Assembly (NCBI RefSeq): GCF_018977255.1
Contig: NW_024704742.1
Coordinates: forward strand, 79,982,001 to 80,046,000
DNA: 64,000 bases
Direction: 5' to 3'
DNA from: Callorhinchus milii
Taxonomy: Eukaryota
In this document: positions 51,901 to 64,000 of the stretch, in pieces
Numbering within the stretch: position 1 is the first letter of the stretch
Layout of the letters: each line of letters opens with the position of its first letter
Made by a program: the position numbers and the translations under genes
Notes under the pieces: model-generated
Told to the model about the DNA's origin: nothing
The model's database searches: none
Seen by the model: the letters and a program-made list of their open reading frames with translations, nothing else

Positions 51901-53339
51901 CTCAATTTTCCCTGGAGCACTGTCATGCTGATTCCGTGCACAGTTGCAATGTTTCTTTCAAATGCAGATCCAGTACCCTTTGATGCTGTACTTTATATTG
52001 TATTGGTCCCAGCTTGAATTGTCAGTTTTGGCAACATTCTCCTTGTTTTAATATTTGTTCTATACACCACTTCCCCCACTCATGGGGGTGGACTAGATAC
52101 AGATCTGTAACGATTGTGTTCCATGGAATAGTGATCATAATAATCCTCGTCTTCGATATGCAATAGTTCACCATGAGAACATCTGAAAGCAATCGCAGGA
52201 TTTGACCGTGAAGTGTAATTACAACAAAAACTTGTGTTCATGTAATGCCGTTCATATGGGGTAGCGTCCCATAGGGCTTATTTGTATTTACTGTATTTGT
52301 AGCAAACTTGTGCACAACAATGTCCCACAAACAGCCATGAAGTGAATGATCAATTTTTAACTGGGGGATTGTTGACCAGGACACCAGGAGAAAGTCCCGT
52401 CTCTTTTCAAATAGTGCCACGGGATCTTTACTGTCTACCTGAACAGGCAGGTAAGACCTACGTTTAACATCTCATTTGAGGGACAGCACCTTCGACAATG
52501 TGGCACACCTCCAGCACTGGATCTCATGATTCAGTGACATGCTTGTCTACAAAATACATAATCACTTTATAGTATATCATGTGAAATGCATTGAGATGTC
52601 CTGCCATCATAAAAGGTGCTATATCAAAAGGAAAGACTATTAAATTCCCCATATAAGTTCCAATCACATTGGCATGTCATGTTTGGAGGAATTAGAGAGT
52701 GGGATGATGTATGCAGATCACTCTCCTAGCATTTATGGATGTGTTGTGTTGGAAACCACTGTAATTTATAGAATTATTGAGCTTGCTATTGTTCAATCTC
52801 AAGCAATTTCAAATGTCCTCCCCATATTAAAAGCCCTATCTAAATGTAAATTGTAATTGTATATAATCACTGGCATTTTATAATTTGCATCAATGTATGC
52901 TATTTTCAAGTTCTCTCCAATGTACGTGATGTATTTAACTAAAGAGAGTAACAAATATGAGCTGACTGAAAACTGCCCTCTCTGCAGCCTTTTTTATGAA
53001 TTATAAACTCATAAATTGAGATTAATAAGGCCACAGTATCATTGACAAGTAAATGGCAACAACATGAATTTAAAAGACCAACAGCCTGTTAAAATATCTC
53101 TCAAACTGCCACAACCCTGACCAGCAACAAGATATATTAAGACAAGGTCTGAGGGGAGACACCAACTGTCTCCATTAACTTACAATGTGAATGAAATGTA
53201 GTAAATATTTTACAATACAATGCAATGTCACTACCAGCTTGGTTCAGTCCATAGCACTTGTACCGATGATCTGCAGATTTGTAGGTGCCAACTTCACGGT
53301 GGTTTTAACTGATAGTCAAGATTAGATCAAAAAGATAGA

Positions 53340-53620
53340 TCTGGCCACAAATAGATCAAATAGGGAGTTAGAAGAAATTTCTTCACAGAGAGTAGTGGGA
53401 ATGTGGAACATGCTACCACAAGGAGTTGTTGAGGCAAATAGCATAGATGTATTTAAGGGGAAGCTAGATAGGTACATGAGGGAAAGGAATAGAAGGTTAT
53501 GCTTGAAGGCTTAGTTGCGGAAGGGTAGGAGGAGGCTCATGTGGAGCATAAACACCGGCATAGACCAGTTGGGCCAAATGGCCTGTTTCTGTGCTGTATA
53601 TTCTAATGTATTCTAATGGA
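53340..53620 (+). mobile_element. CR1-clade LINE 3' end
   Basis: Degenerate FFxQRVVGMWNxLP...FKGKLDRYM coding end, 3' UTR GGGCCAAATGGCCTGTTTCTGTGCTG and (TATTCTAATG)n tail. Confidence 0.8.
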
Positions 53621-53637
53621 GTTACATGGAGTTACTA

Positions 53638-53987
53638 TAGGAGTCCTGCAGTGTAGTGGTTAGAGCACTCACCTCGCAAGTGAGAGGTCCCGGGTTCGAT
53701 TCTTGGGCAGGGCAAAATCTTAGGCAAGTTTCTTACTCCACAGACCTCTGTTTACCTTGGGAACTCAGTTTTTAGTCAATTGGAGTGGGGGTAATGATCC
53801 TTCCGAAAAATATAATAATAATTTGGACACTCAATCCACGACTATTTGTGGGACACTGCTGTGTGCAATTGGCTGCCGTGTTTCACCCATGAGATATACA
53901 GTCAATTCACTTTACAGTTTATTCTGTGAAGTGCTTTGAAACGTCTCAACGAGATGATAAGGTGCTCTATCAAATTTATTATTATTT
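53638..53987 (+). mobile_element. Same SINE, long subfamily
   Basis: Head, B-box GGTTCGATTC, core and tail. Confidence 0.82.
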
Positions 53988-56862
53988 TTACTCTTCAGTG
54001 AAATGCTGGGGAAAACAATGCATTCTTAGATGTATATTTTTCACATAAGACATTAAGATGAGGTTTAGGTACCCTGTTCAATTGGATGTTAAACAACCCA
54101 TGTCATTATTCAGAAAGAGAAAGGATATGATCACGTTGATCATTTGCTTCATGGATATTTGTAGGATCTTCCTGACTCCAAATTGGCTCTCATGTTTGCT
54201 TACAAATACACAGTCACTATACTTGACTGTAATTACCTATGAAGAAATTTCATAAGTGTTAAATGAAATATATCGATTACTGTTGATTATCAATGTGTAG
54301 ACAATATGTATTATCTTGGCAACTATCTTGACATATGCTGACAAAATGTAGTGAATGTTTACAGGATAAAGGAATGTCAATATCAGCTTGGCTGAGTCGG
54401 CAGCACTGGTACTTCATGATCAGAAGGTTGGTAGGTTCAAGCTTTATGTTGATCCTGAGATCATAATCCAGACCACTCTCTACATTCACCTACAAAATAC
54501 AGTCACTACATTTTACAGTAAATCCTGTAAAGCGCTTTGAAATGTTGTTCTAACATGAAAGGTCTTCTCTCACTTGCGAGGATTATTATAATCATCATAG
54601 ACTGTTGCGCAAAAAATGCAAGGTATTTCTGGTAAGAAAATAAAAATCAAGCAAATCATTTCTTGTCAGCCTTCAGCCTCTACAATAATAGTTTCTGTTG
54701 ATGGCTTGACAGTAAATTTCCTGTATGAAAATCACATTTTTAATAAAACAGAAAATGCTGAAAGCTCAAGCAGGTTACTTGGCCTGTAAAATAGGAAAGA
54801 TTGATTCCTGTTTCAGGTATTAGTCTCCATCAGACCTGTGGCTTTCTTGTTTCTTTTTTTTATCTCTTCTAAATAGTATTTTAATGGTTGTAACTACTGT
54901 ATGTATAATTATTTTGTAATGGAAACTCAAATAGTTTTCATTCAATTTAATTGGCTGCTGTGTTTCGCCCACAAAATCCAAAGTCAATTCACTTTACAGT
55001 ATATTCTGTGAAGCACTTTGAGACGTCTTAACATCAAATGCAAAGACTATTATTATTATAACAGTTGTCAGCTGGACAGCTCCAGCCTGTATCACTGCTG
55101 CTGGTCAGGGAGTTATCCTTGCATTGGATACGGTCCATTTCACATCATTGAGACATCCGAAAGTGCTTCACACGATTTTACTGAATAGTGACTATTCGTA
55201 AGTGAACACAGCAGACATTTTTGTGTACAATAATTGACCTACAAACAGCCATGAAGTGAACAATCAATTTTTATCTTGAGCATTGTTAGTTGGCCAGAAC
55301 ACAAAAAAAACTTGGCCTTCCCTTTCAAAAAAGTGCCATAGAATCTTCAACATCCTCGTGGACAGGCAGAAGGTTCAATGTAAAATCTGAAGGAAGGTAC
55401 CTCTAACAAGGCAATACAGATTAGGTAAAATTTTGGAAAATAATACATATACAGATTAATTGATGATATCATGCATGGTGTTTAAATCGAGACAATTGTA
55501 AAAATACAAGATACCATTTTTTTTACGGTTAGCCAGGTTACTGACACATGTGTAAACCCATCACCATGCTTTATAGTATCCAAACTAGATTGAGAGTCCA
55601 CATACATAATGCTAACTACACATAGACATTTCCTTGTGTCTGGAATGGAATGTGTACTTTCTCCCTGGAGGGATGCACTCTGCTTACCTAAATCTGGAGA
55701 GTGTTTGGTACAAGTTGTCAAAGATTAAGACTTGAGGGCTCCAGAGTGTGAGTTGGAGTAATGTTGAAATTTAATCAGTTAAAACCAATGTACTTTACCA
55801 TTCAGAGCACTGTCTGGCAAACTCCCCAGTGCTTGTCCAGCTAGGACCATCCTACTTGTTATGCCTTTGGCTGGCAAGCTTATGAGGAACTCAACGAGAA
55901 GAATCCCTGCTTCCATGACTGTGGTGCCCCTCCAAGTCCTGCCATTGAGTCATGCTGGCTAGTCTTTTACCAGCAGTACCTTGGAACACTGGAAACTCAT
56001 CTGGCTCAGCGCTACGCCACAGAAGATGGACTCAATTTTTATATTCCACTGGCAAACATGTCACCTTCAAGATCAGCCTTGAAGAGACCTTACTTTCTCA
56101 CTCCCTACCCTAGGAGTATCTCCACTAGTTGGTCATCAGACATCTGTCCAGTGCAATTTTGAGCCCTCACTGTATAGAAGCCAGTGCCAGGAATTCATTG
56201 TGAGCTTCTTAATTAGCAACATAACTATCCTCCTGTCCACAGCCTGGACACAGTTCCCTACTCATTGAGCATTGATTGCACCAGTTGGAAGTGCAGAGCA
56301 TTAGCAGCAAAGAAAGTCATGGGCTATTGCCAAGGTCATACTATCAGCTGTCACGCAGGCTTTGACCCAGGCCTTATGGTCAGTAATATCATATGTGGCT
56401 GAGTTCTTTGGCACTAGGAACTTGCATCTGACCTGGCAGTCATCCCAGTAACAGGATCGGAACTTTGCCCCAAAACATTTAAGGATTTAGATTTGAAAAC
56501 AACTTATTTATCACTGAAACATAAAATTGGGTAAAGGAAAATTTCCAAATACCTTGAAATTCTGGGTTTACAGTACCAATAACATTTCTACCACAAATCA
56601 GGGAATTAGAGCCAACTACAGGCAAGGTGATGCAGATCATAGATTTCTATATCTGTCACTTTATAATCAGCTGCCAGGAACGACAACTGCAGATGATTGC
56701 ATTTGAAATGCAGCTGTACCTCCTCTCCCTGGAAGTAGAGTATTTGCTCAAGAAACATTCCACCTCCCGGAATACAATAGAATACATTAGAATACATTAG
56801 AATATACAGCACAGAAACAGGCCATTCGGCCCAACTGGTCTATGCCGGTGTTTATGCTCCAC

Positions 56863-57201
56863 ATAATAATAATAATAATAATAATAATAATCCTTGCATT
56901 TGTTATAGCGCTTTTCACGTCGGGAGGACGTCCCAAAGCGCTTCACAAAATATACTGTAAAGTGAATTGACTGTATATTTGTGGGCGAACGCGGCAGCCA
57001 ATTGCGCACAGCAATGTCCCACAAAACAGTCGTGGATTGAAAATGACCAATTTATTATTGTTTTGTTTTTTTGGAGGGATTATTATTAGGCTCTGTGTGG
57101 AGTAAGGAAACTTGCCCAAGGTTTCGCCCTGTGCCTGGAATTGAACTCAGGTCTCTCGCTTGCAAAGCAAGTGCTCTAACCACTGAGCTACAGGACTCCA
57201 C
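56863..57201 (-). mobile_element. Same SINE, short subfamily, inserted into a CR1 3' end
   Basis: Near-identical to the 8197 and 33614 copies; CR1 3' UTR resumes on both sides. Confidence 0.88.
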
Positions 57202-57714
57202 ATGAGCCTCCTCCTCCCCTTCCTCAACTAAGCCTTCAAGCATAACCTTCTATTCCTTTAGCACTCATGTACCTATCTAGCTTCCCCTCAACAACTCCTT
57301 GTGGTAGCATATTCCACATTTCTACTACTCTCTGAGTAAAGAAATTTCTTCTAACTTACCTATTTGATCGATTTGTGACTATTTTATGTTGATGGCCCTG
57401 GTTTTGGTCTTCTCCACAAGTGGAAAGATCTTCCCTATGTCAACCCTATCAAAACCTTTCATAATTTTAAAGATCTCTATCAGGTCCCCCCTCACCCTCC
57501 TCTTTTCAAGAGAAGAGTCCAAATATGTTCACCTTTCCTGATAGGTATAACTTCTCAGTTCTTGAGCAAACCTTGTGAATCTCCTTTGCACCCTCTCCAG
57601 TGTCTCTACATCCCTTCTATAATGTGGGGACCAGAACTGCACACAGTATTCTAAGTGTGGTCTAACCGAGGCTCTATAGAAGTTTACCATAACTTTCCTG
57701 CTTTTCATTTCTAT

Positions 57715-58152
57715 CCTTCTAGAAAGGAAGACATTTCAGCTGCTCTGGCATGAAAGGTGGCATCGTCAGAGCAGATGAAGTGGAAGCGGAGGAATTGGGA
57801 AAAGGGAATGGAGTCTTTACAGGAGGTGGGGTGGTAGGAGGTGTATTCCAGGTAGCTGTGGGAGTTGGTGGGCTTGTAGAAGATAGCTGTTGATAATCTA
57901 TGCCCCAAGATGGAAATGGTGAAGTCGAGGAAGGGAAGAGTTGGAGATGGACCTTGTGAATGTTATGGAGGGGTGGAAGGTGGAAGCGAAATTGGTGAAT
58001 TTTTCCAACTCACTGTGAGAACAGGAAGTGGAGCCAACACAGTCGTCGATGTATCTGAGGAACAGGTCAGGGAGCGGACCTGAGTAGGCCCAGAACAAAG
58101 AGTGTTCCAGGTGACCAACAAATAGGCAGGTGTAACTGGGACCCATGCAGGT
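57715..58152 (-). mobile_element. Penelope-like element RT fragment, frameshifted
   Basis: MGPSYTCLFVG...FLRYIDDC...FHPSITFT and LSTAIFYKPTNSHSYL..HPTSCKDSIPFSQFLR. Confidence 0.82.
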
Positions 58153-61100
58153 TTCAATGTAGAACTTCTGTTTTTGTTTAGCAAGTATATTAATGTCTTG
58201 CTGTAATTTGTTGCTGTCCTCCTCTGTATTAACTACTCCCTCCAATTTGGTGTTGCCTGCAAATTTTGAAATTGTACTGCTGATTCTCAAATCCAAATTA
58301 TTAATGTATATTGTGAATGACAGTAGTCCTAATAGTGATCCTTGTGGAATACCCCCTGCTAGTTTGAGTAGAATGATGAATAATAAGTACCGATATTTTA
58401 ATAATAATCCTTGCATATGATATAACACGTTTTTCACATTGTTGAGATGTCTCAAAGTAGAAGATTATAATGTGAAGTATAGTTACTATGTATTTGCCAG
58501 TGAAACCCACAGCCAATTTGTGCACAGCAATGTCCTGCTGCCTGAATTTATATACACTCATAATCCACTGTTTTCTGTATTACATGACGGTTGCAAATGA
58601 GAATTTTCATATTGTGCTAAATATGCAGGAATCAATCAGGTTAAAATAGCAATTCTTGCTTTTGTTATAGCACTTTTTCACATAGAGAAGACATCTCAAA
58701 GTGCTTCACAGGATTTATTGTAAAATGTAGTGACTGTGTAATTTGCACATGGACACAGCAGTCAATTTGTGTACAACAATGTCCCACTGGACATCAGGAG
58801 AAATTCCCTTCTCTTTTCCAACAGTGCCATAGAATCTTTAATGTTCACCTGAACAGGCAAATAGACCTCAGTTTAACATCTCATCCAAAGGATTGCACCT
58901 CCAACAATGCGGCACACCCCCAGCACTGGATCTTGTGATCCAGTGACATGCTTGCCTACAAAACACTTCCCCAACACTGCTCTGAAGTGTTAGCCCGATG
59001 TGGGACTTGAACCAAGTATTTTGCTGGACTGTCAACATAAACTGTGAGCTCAAAGTCCCAACAAGGGGATTACACTTACAACCATCAGCCTCAGAGGTGA
59101 GAGTGCTCCATCTGAGCCAGGCTGATTGGATTTGACACGTGTCATGGACACTCGATTACCCCTTTTCCATTGGATGACTGAGCTGTATCATTGTGAAAGA
59201 ATCATTTGACTTCTATATTAAAGGCATACAGGACCCTACATTTGGATCTATTTCACTTTTGCACATTTAACCTTTTTAATGTTAGTCAGATTTTTGTAAA
59301 ATAAAATATAATAATAATTTGATCATGCAATCCAAGGTTGTTTAAGGGACATTGCTGTGTGCAACTGGCAGCCACATTTCATCCACACAATGCATGGTCA
59401 ATTTACTTTGCAATATATTCTGTGAGACGCTTTGAGATGTCTCAACAACATAATAAGGCGCTATAATCAAATGCAAGGATTATTCTTATTCTTCTTGTTA
59501 TGATTATAAAATGCCCATTTTGACTTTTGAATATTTTGAACAATGCACCACTGTATTGTTTTTGCATTCCACAGTTCAGTTTGTGTTTGATTAAATGAAA
59601 GCTCAGTGACAACTATTAAATTCACTTCAGCACCAGAACTAATGTATGCTAAATTAGTGAAATTCTAATGATATTACCAGGGTGAGGTCGATGCCAAGTT
59701 TCAAAGCATTTAGATTTCATGCAAGGGTAGGTTTGCCTATTTTATGTCATTTATAGCAGGTTAGAAGTTTGCTTCACTGATTTTAACTCCAGGACTCTCG
59801 CATAGTGTTCTAATTGGCATGACCATAGGACTCTTATCATTGATTAACGTGAAGTAAATTGAAATCTTCCATTGAATTCTTGAAGGAGTTTTTGTTGCTG
59901 ACTCAATGTGTTGGACAGTGGCTCAGACAGGTCATTAAATTCTGTTTTTTACAGCGTTATGATTACTGTTACATAAAGGATGAGAGGACAACATTGAAAG
60001 TTGGTGTCTAATATCACTCTTAAGCTAAAGTGACAATATTTTGTAAACCAAATATGGGGGCACATATAGTGGTCACAAAGTGGACACATAAAAAAAGAGC
60101 TCATAACTTCCTGATGCTGGCAGTACCGGTGAAGTTTGTTGGATTAATGGGTATATTTCTCTGATGAATGTATCTTTTACAGAATGTTATTGTTCTTGCT
60201 CAGCGTGTTGCTGAACTCAAGATGGGACACATTTGGCCAGGGGCACAATACCTCATCTGGGGACTGTCCCTGGAAATCAGGAACATATGGTCACATTATC
60301 TTAAGCAAGTTTCAACAGTGCTGGTAAGTAATGAAGAAAACACCCAGGTGCATATGGAACAAACAAACACATTAGAAATAAACCAGTTCCTGCTGTTTAA
60401 ATAGTTTTTTCCCTGCAATATCATTGATATTTTAAACATCATGATAAGCACAAGCACAAACTCACAAAGGTAAATGGTCCAGGGAGAGAGCAATAGCCCT
60501 GAATCTATTGGCAGTCTAACAATTACAGTACTTTGGGATGTCTTGTTTTTAGGTATGTTTCTTCCCTTGTGTAGTTTTCATATGAAATACTCACACATAT
60601 TCAGCTACAGCAGTACTAAGTACATGAAGAAAAATGCTTCCTCCTGCAATAACAGCATCCCTGTATTTTAAATCAATAAACAGATCAATACCAGAAAGCA
60701 ATTACCCATTATTTAGATGTGCTTTTTTTTTAAAAAAGTGTGACATTGAAACACTAGTGGACAAAATTAATTCATTACAGGATGGCAGTTCTAATATAAT
60801 GTGTTCAGCGCTCGTTTATGTATAGATCTTTCATTTCAAAACAGATGGATCATAATAAATCTAGAGTTTGCACAAAATGCCAATGGATGTTAGTGTGTTA
60901 TTGAGCTACAGTGCAGTGCTCTTTTCCCTCATGTTATTTATAACTCTATTAGCTTATGCTGCAATACAGTTGTTCTGACTCCACTGGCTCCCTATCCCCC
61001 AGTGGATTGTGTTCAAATTCTTGTCCTTACCTTTAAATCCCTACATGGTCTCACTTCACCCTATATTTGCGACCTCCTCAAACCATACCAACTTGGCCGT

Positions 61101-64000
61101 CCACTTCGCTCAAAAGTCTCTGGCCTGCTTATGTTCCCCACCCTCTTCAAAGCACCATTGGTGATCGGCTTTCAGCCCCAACTTTGTGGAACTCCACTCA
61201 GAATCCCTCCAACTCGTTCCTTTCCTCACCTCTGTCAAAGTCTATCTCAAGACCGATCTCTTTGACTGTTCTTACGGTCATCTTTCCACTCAGTTTCCAC
61301 CCCTAGCTCGAGTGCCAAGCCAGGTTTGTGAATCACCTTGGGACCTCCTCCTGACAGGAATATATTGTATAAATGTAAATTTGTTTTTGTAGTCCCTTCA
61401 TTATATTTTGCACTTTGAGTTTCATGAAGGATTAAATATATTTTTGTGATAATTTTAAGACAGTAACCTAATCGAGGGATGCCCGATATAAATATCAAAA
61501 AGGACGCATCAGTGCAGTGATGGAATTTGCTGCGTTTAAGTATTAGAAGTTAAAAAGGATTATATTGACTATGTTGATTAAAAATTGGAAATAAGAATGC
61601 ATCAAAAGTCTATTACACTTGAAAGAATTTTGTAGTGACTCAATTTGATGCTTTTACTTTACTTTTCCATTCCGTCCACATCTCTATCCAGGATCATTGC
61701 CCACCCCAATGATACAAGATCGCTAAGCAAGAGGATAATAATCAAAGTCCAAGCATTGAACCTTACCCTTGATAAATATTTTCTGTACGTTTATCTGATG
61801 AATGTACGCTTAGATAAAAGCTGAATGCTTTGTTTCTTACAGGATGTCCTTTGGAGACAGGAAGCAGGGAGATCAAAAGCAAGGTCGAAGAGGACGATCT
61901 TGAGATGGGTCTTGAAGGAGGCTAGGAGGGGGCGAGGCAGAGGGACTGCAGGATGGGTGGGGGCAGAGTGGTTGAAGGTCCGCCGGCCAATGGTGAGGCG
62001 GGTGAGGCAGGGGACGTGAAGCAGGCCAGAGCCTGCTGAGCAGAGGGAGCGGGCAGGATGGTAGGGTGTTAGATAGAGTCTGGTTATGTACATTGCCTGT
62101 GTTCCTAAATAGTTGTTTGTTATAAACATTTATGTAACAGAAATTCACACTGGAATACAACTACTTAGGCCTTTTTAAACACAATAGATCTTTAAGATGG
62201 GAAAGGAGCTCTATCAAATGTAAGGATTAACCATTATCCCTTTGTCAGATTGTAGTCCCTCTTCTCTGCATTCAAATCAGAATTCATTGCACAATTTCCT
62301 GTCTCATTCCTTCTCAGAATTGTACAGCTCGCTCAGTCTTCTCTTTTCTTTTACATGCAATTTGTAAGATTTTAAAATCTAAACCTTGTTTCACCAAAAC
62401 ACTGCTTCTTGATTTAGATAACAGTGACATTTCTTATGATAATTATTGCGCTCCCTTGCCCGGCGCAATAGTATAGTCCTGATTTTCAACTCTGATTTTT
62501 AATAAATAATATTCCTTGCATTTTGATATAGCACCTTAGCATGTCGGCAAGACATCTCAAAGCACTTCACAGGATATACCAGCCTGGTTACTCCCTCCAC
62601 TTAGCAGGCACTGTTCTGCTTCACATAACTCGCATGACCACCTGTCCCACCTTGGTGGTCAGACATTCAGTGTATTTGCCTCCACTCTTTGGAACTGCAG
62701 CCCTTTCCCTCACCTCCTCTAAGGTCTGCCTCAAGTCCTTCATCTTTGACCAACTTTTAACCATCTTCTCCCCAATCTCACTCACCACCCTTTCGGCCAC
62801 CAGCCCAGCTCGTTTGCAAACCTTGGGCCTTGTCCAGCACCTTTGGACATCTTCCCTATGTTAAATATGTTATACAAATGTATTAGTATTGCATTGTAAG
62901 GTGATGTGTCTATGTATTTTGTGAGCTGAATGCTGAAGAATTTGCATTTCAATGCTTATTGACAAAGAAACTGACTGAATTCAATGTCTTTTTCTGCTCT
63001 TGAGATCACAATCTTCATCCAGGATGGCAGATCCGAGGAAAGTAGAGACATAATCAATGGTAGTAGCTGGTATTGAGCAGAGTTGGGTGTCATCTGCATA
63101 CGTGTGGAAGTTGACCCCATGTCTGTGGAAGATGTCATCAAGAGGGAGCATATAGATACTGGAGAGGAGGGGCCCAAGGACAGAGCCATGAGGAATGTCG
63201 CACAAGACGGTGAGGGGGCTAGAGGTGAAACTGTTTATGGAGATGAAGTGGAGATGGTGTGAGGTATTGGATCTGAAGCATTCAAGGACAGACTCATGGT
63301 GGTTGATGTGAGAAGAGAGGCGGTGAAAGCGAATAGAGCAGTCAATGGTATCGAAGGCAGCAGAAATGTCAAGGAGGTCGAGGAGGCAGAGGGAGCCCTG
63401 GTTGCAGATGAAGAAAATGTCATTTGTCATTTATCAAGAAGTAAAGTTGGAACAAGATCCAGTTATTCCATTGAAATGGAATATCGAGTTTGAATGAATA
63501 TAATAACAACTTGCATTTATTTTGCGCCCTTCATGAGTGGTAGCTTCAATAAAGAACATTAAGTAATTGATAGAAACCTTATAGATCTTGTACCAAATGG
63601 GCTACATCTATTCATCATCAGCTCTTAAACTCAATTTCCATATTTTCTAATTAAGATGGAAAGGCATCAGAAAACCTTTTAGAGAAGAGGAAATTAGAAA
63701 GGCCATGAAATCAATAAAGAAGAGGAAACTCTCAAGTGAAACCAGCTTTCTGATAGAGTTTCATATTTATTAAGATTAAATGAGATTTTTTTTAAAAGAG
63801 CAACAAAATAATGCAGAGCAATAATATAATGAAGCACCAAGTGAAATTAGATTGAGAACGATCTAATTATCACAAATAACAATACATAATCAATGCATTT
63901 GATGTAGCACCTTACCATGTCATTGAAATGTCTCAAAGCACTTCACAGAATTTTGCTGTAAAGTGAACTGAATGTGTGTTTGCCAGTTGGTTTACAGCAA

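Larger units (their letters stand above)
56775..58362 (-). mobile_element. CR1-clade LINE, degenerate, interrupted by a SINE and a Penelope fragment
   Basis: GIPQGSLLG...ISKFAGNTKL at 58170-58360; C-terminal region at 57200-57710; tail at 56775. Confidence 0.82.

Noticed and set aside
36000..64000. Short ORFs and isolated AG/GT-bounded segments as exons of a third gene
   Set aside because: No recognisable protein similarity and no phase-consistent exon chain; most ORFs overlap repeats. A lncRNA or a small exon of a large gene cannot be excluded

Overview
Vertebrate genomic DNA. The repeat content (tRNA-head Deu-domain SINEs, L2, CR1, Penelope) suggests a cartilaginous fish, possibly a chimaera; this is inference only. 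The window holds the last 18 coding exons of ABCA1 (+ strand, 257-21461, about 741 aa; splice sites and reading frame checked by hand; 5' part lies outside the window) and its 3' UTR with a tandem pair of miR-33 seed sites. A complete 6-exon NIPSNAP3-family gene lies tail-to-tail with it on the - strand (34042->25006, 253 aa), as in human 9q31. Its intron 3 appears to use a GC donor, and a GC-rich satellite with an assembly gap sits directly upstream of its ATG. From about 36 kb to 64 kb I find no host coding exons, only retroelements and AT-rich unique segments with homeodomain-type motifs. I found no clearly novel biological system. The best leads are the miR-33 sites, the GC-AG intron, splice acceptors abutting retroelements, a SINE/L2 pair sharing a 3' stem-loop, and a dispersed repeat family I cannot name.
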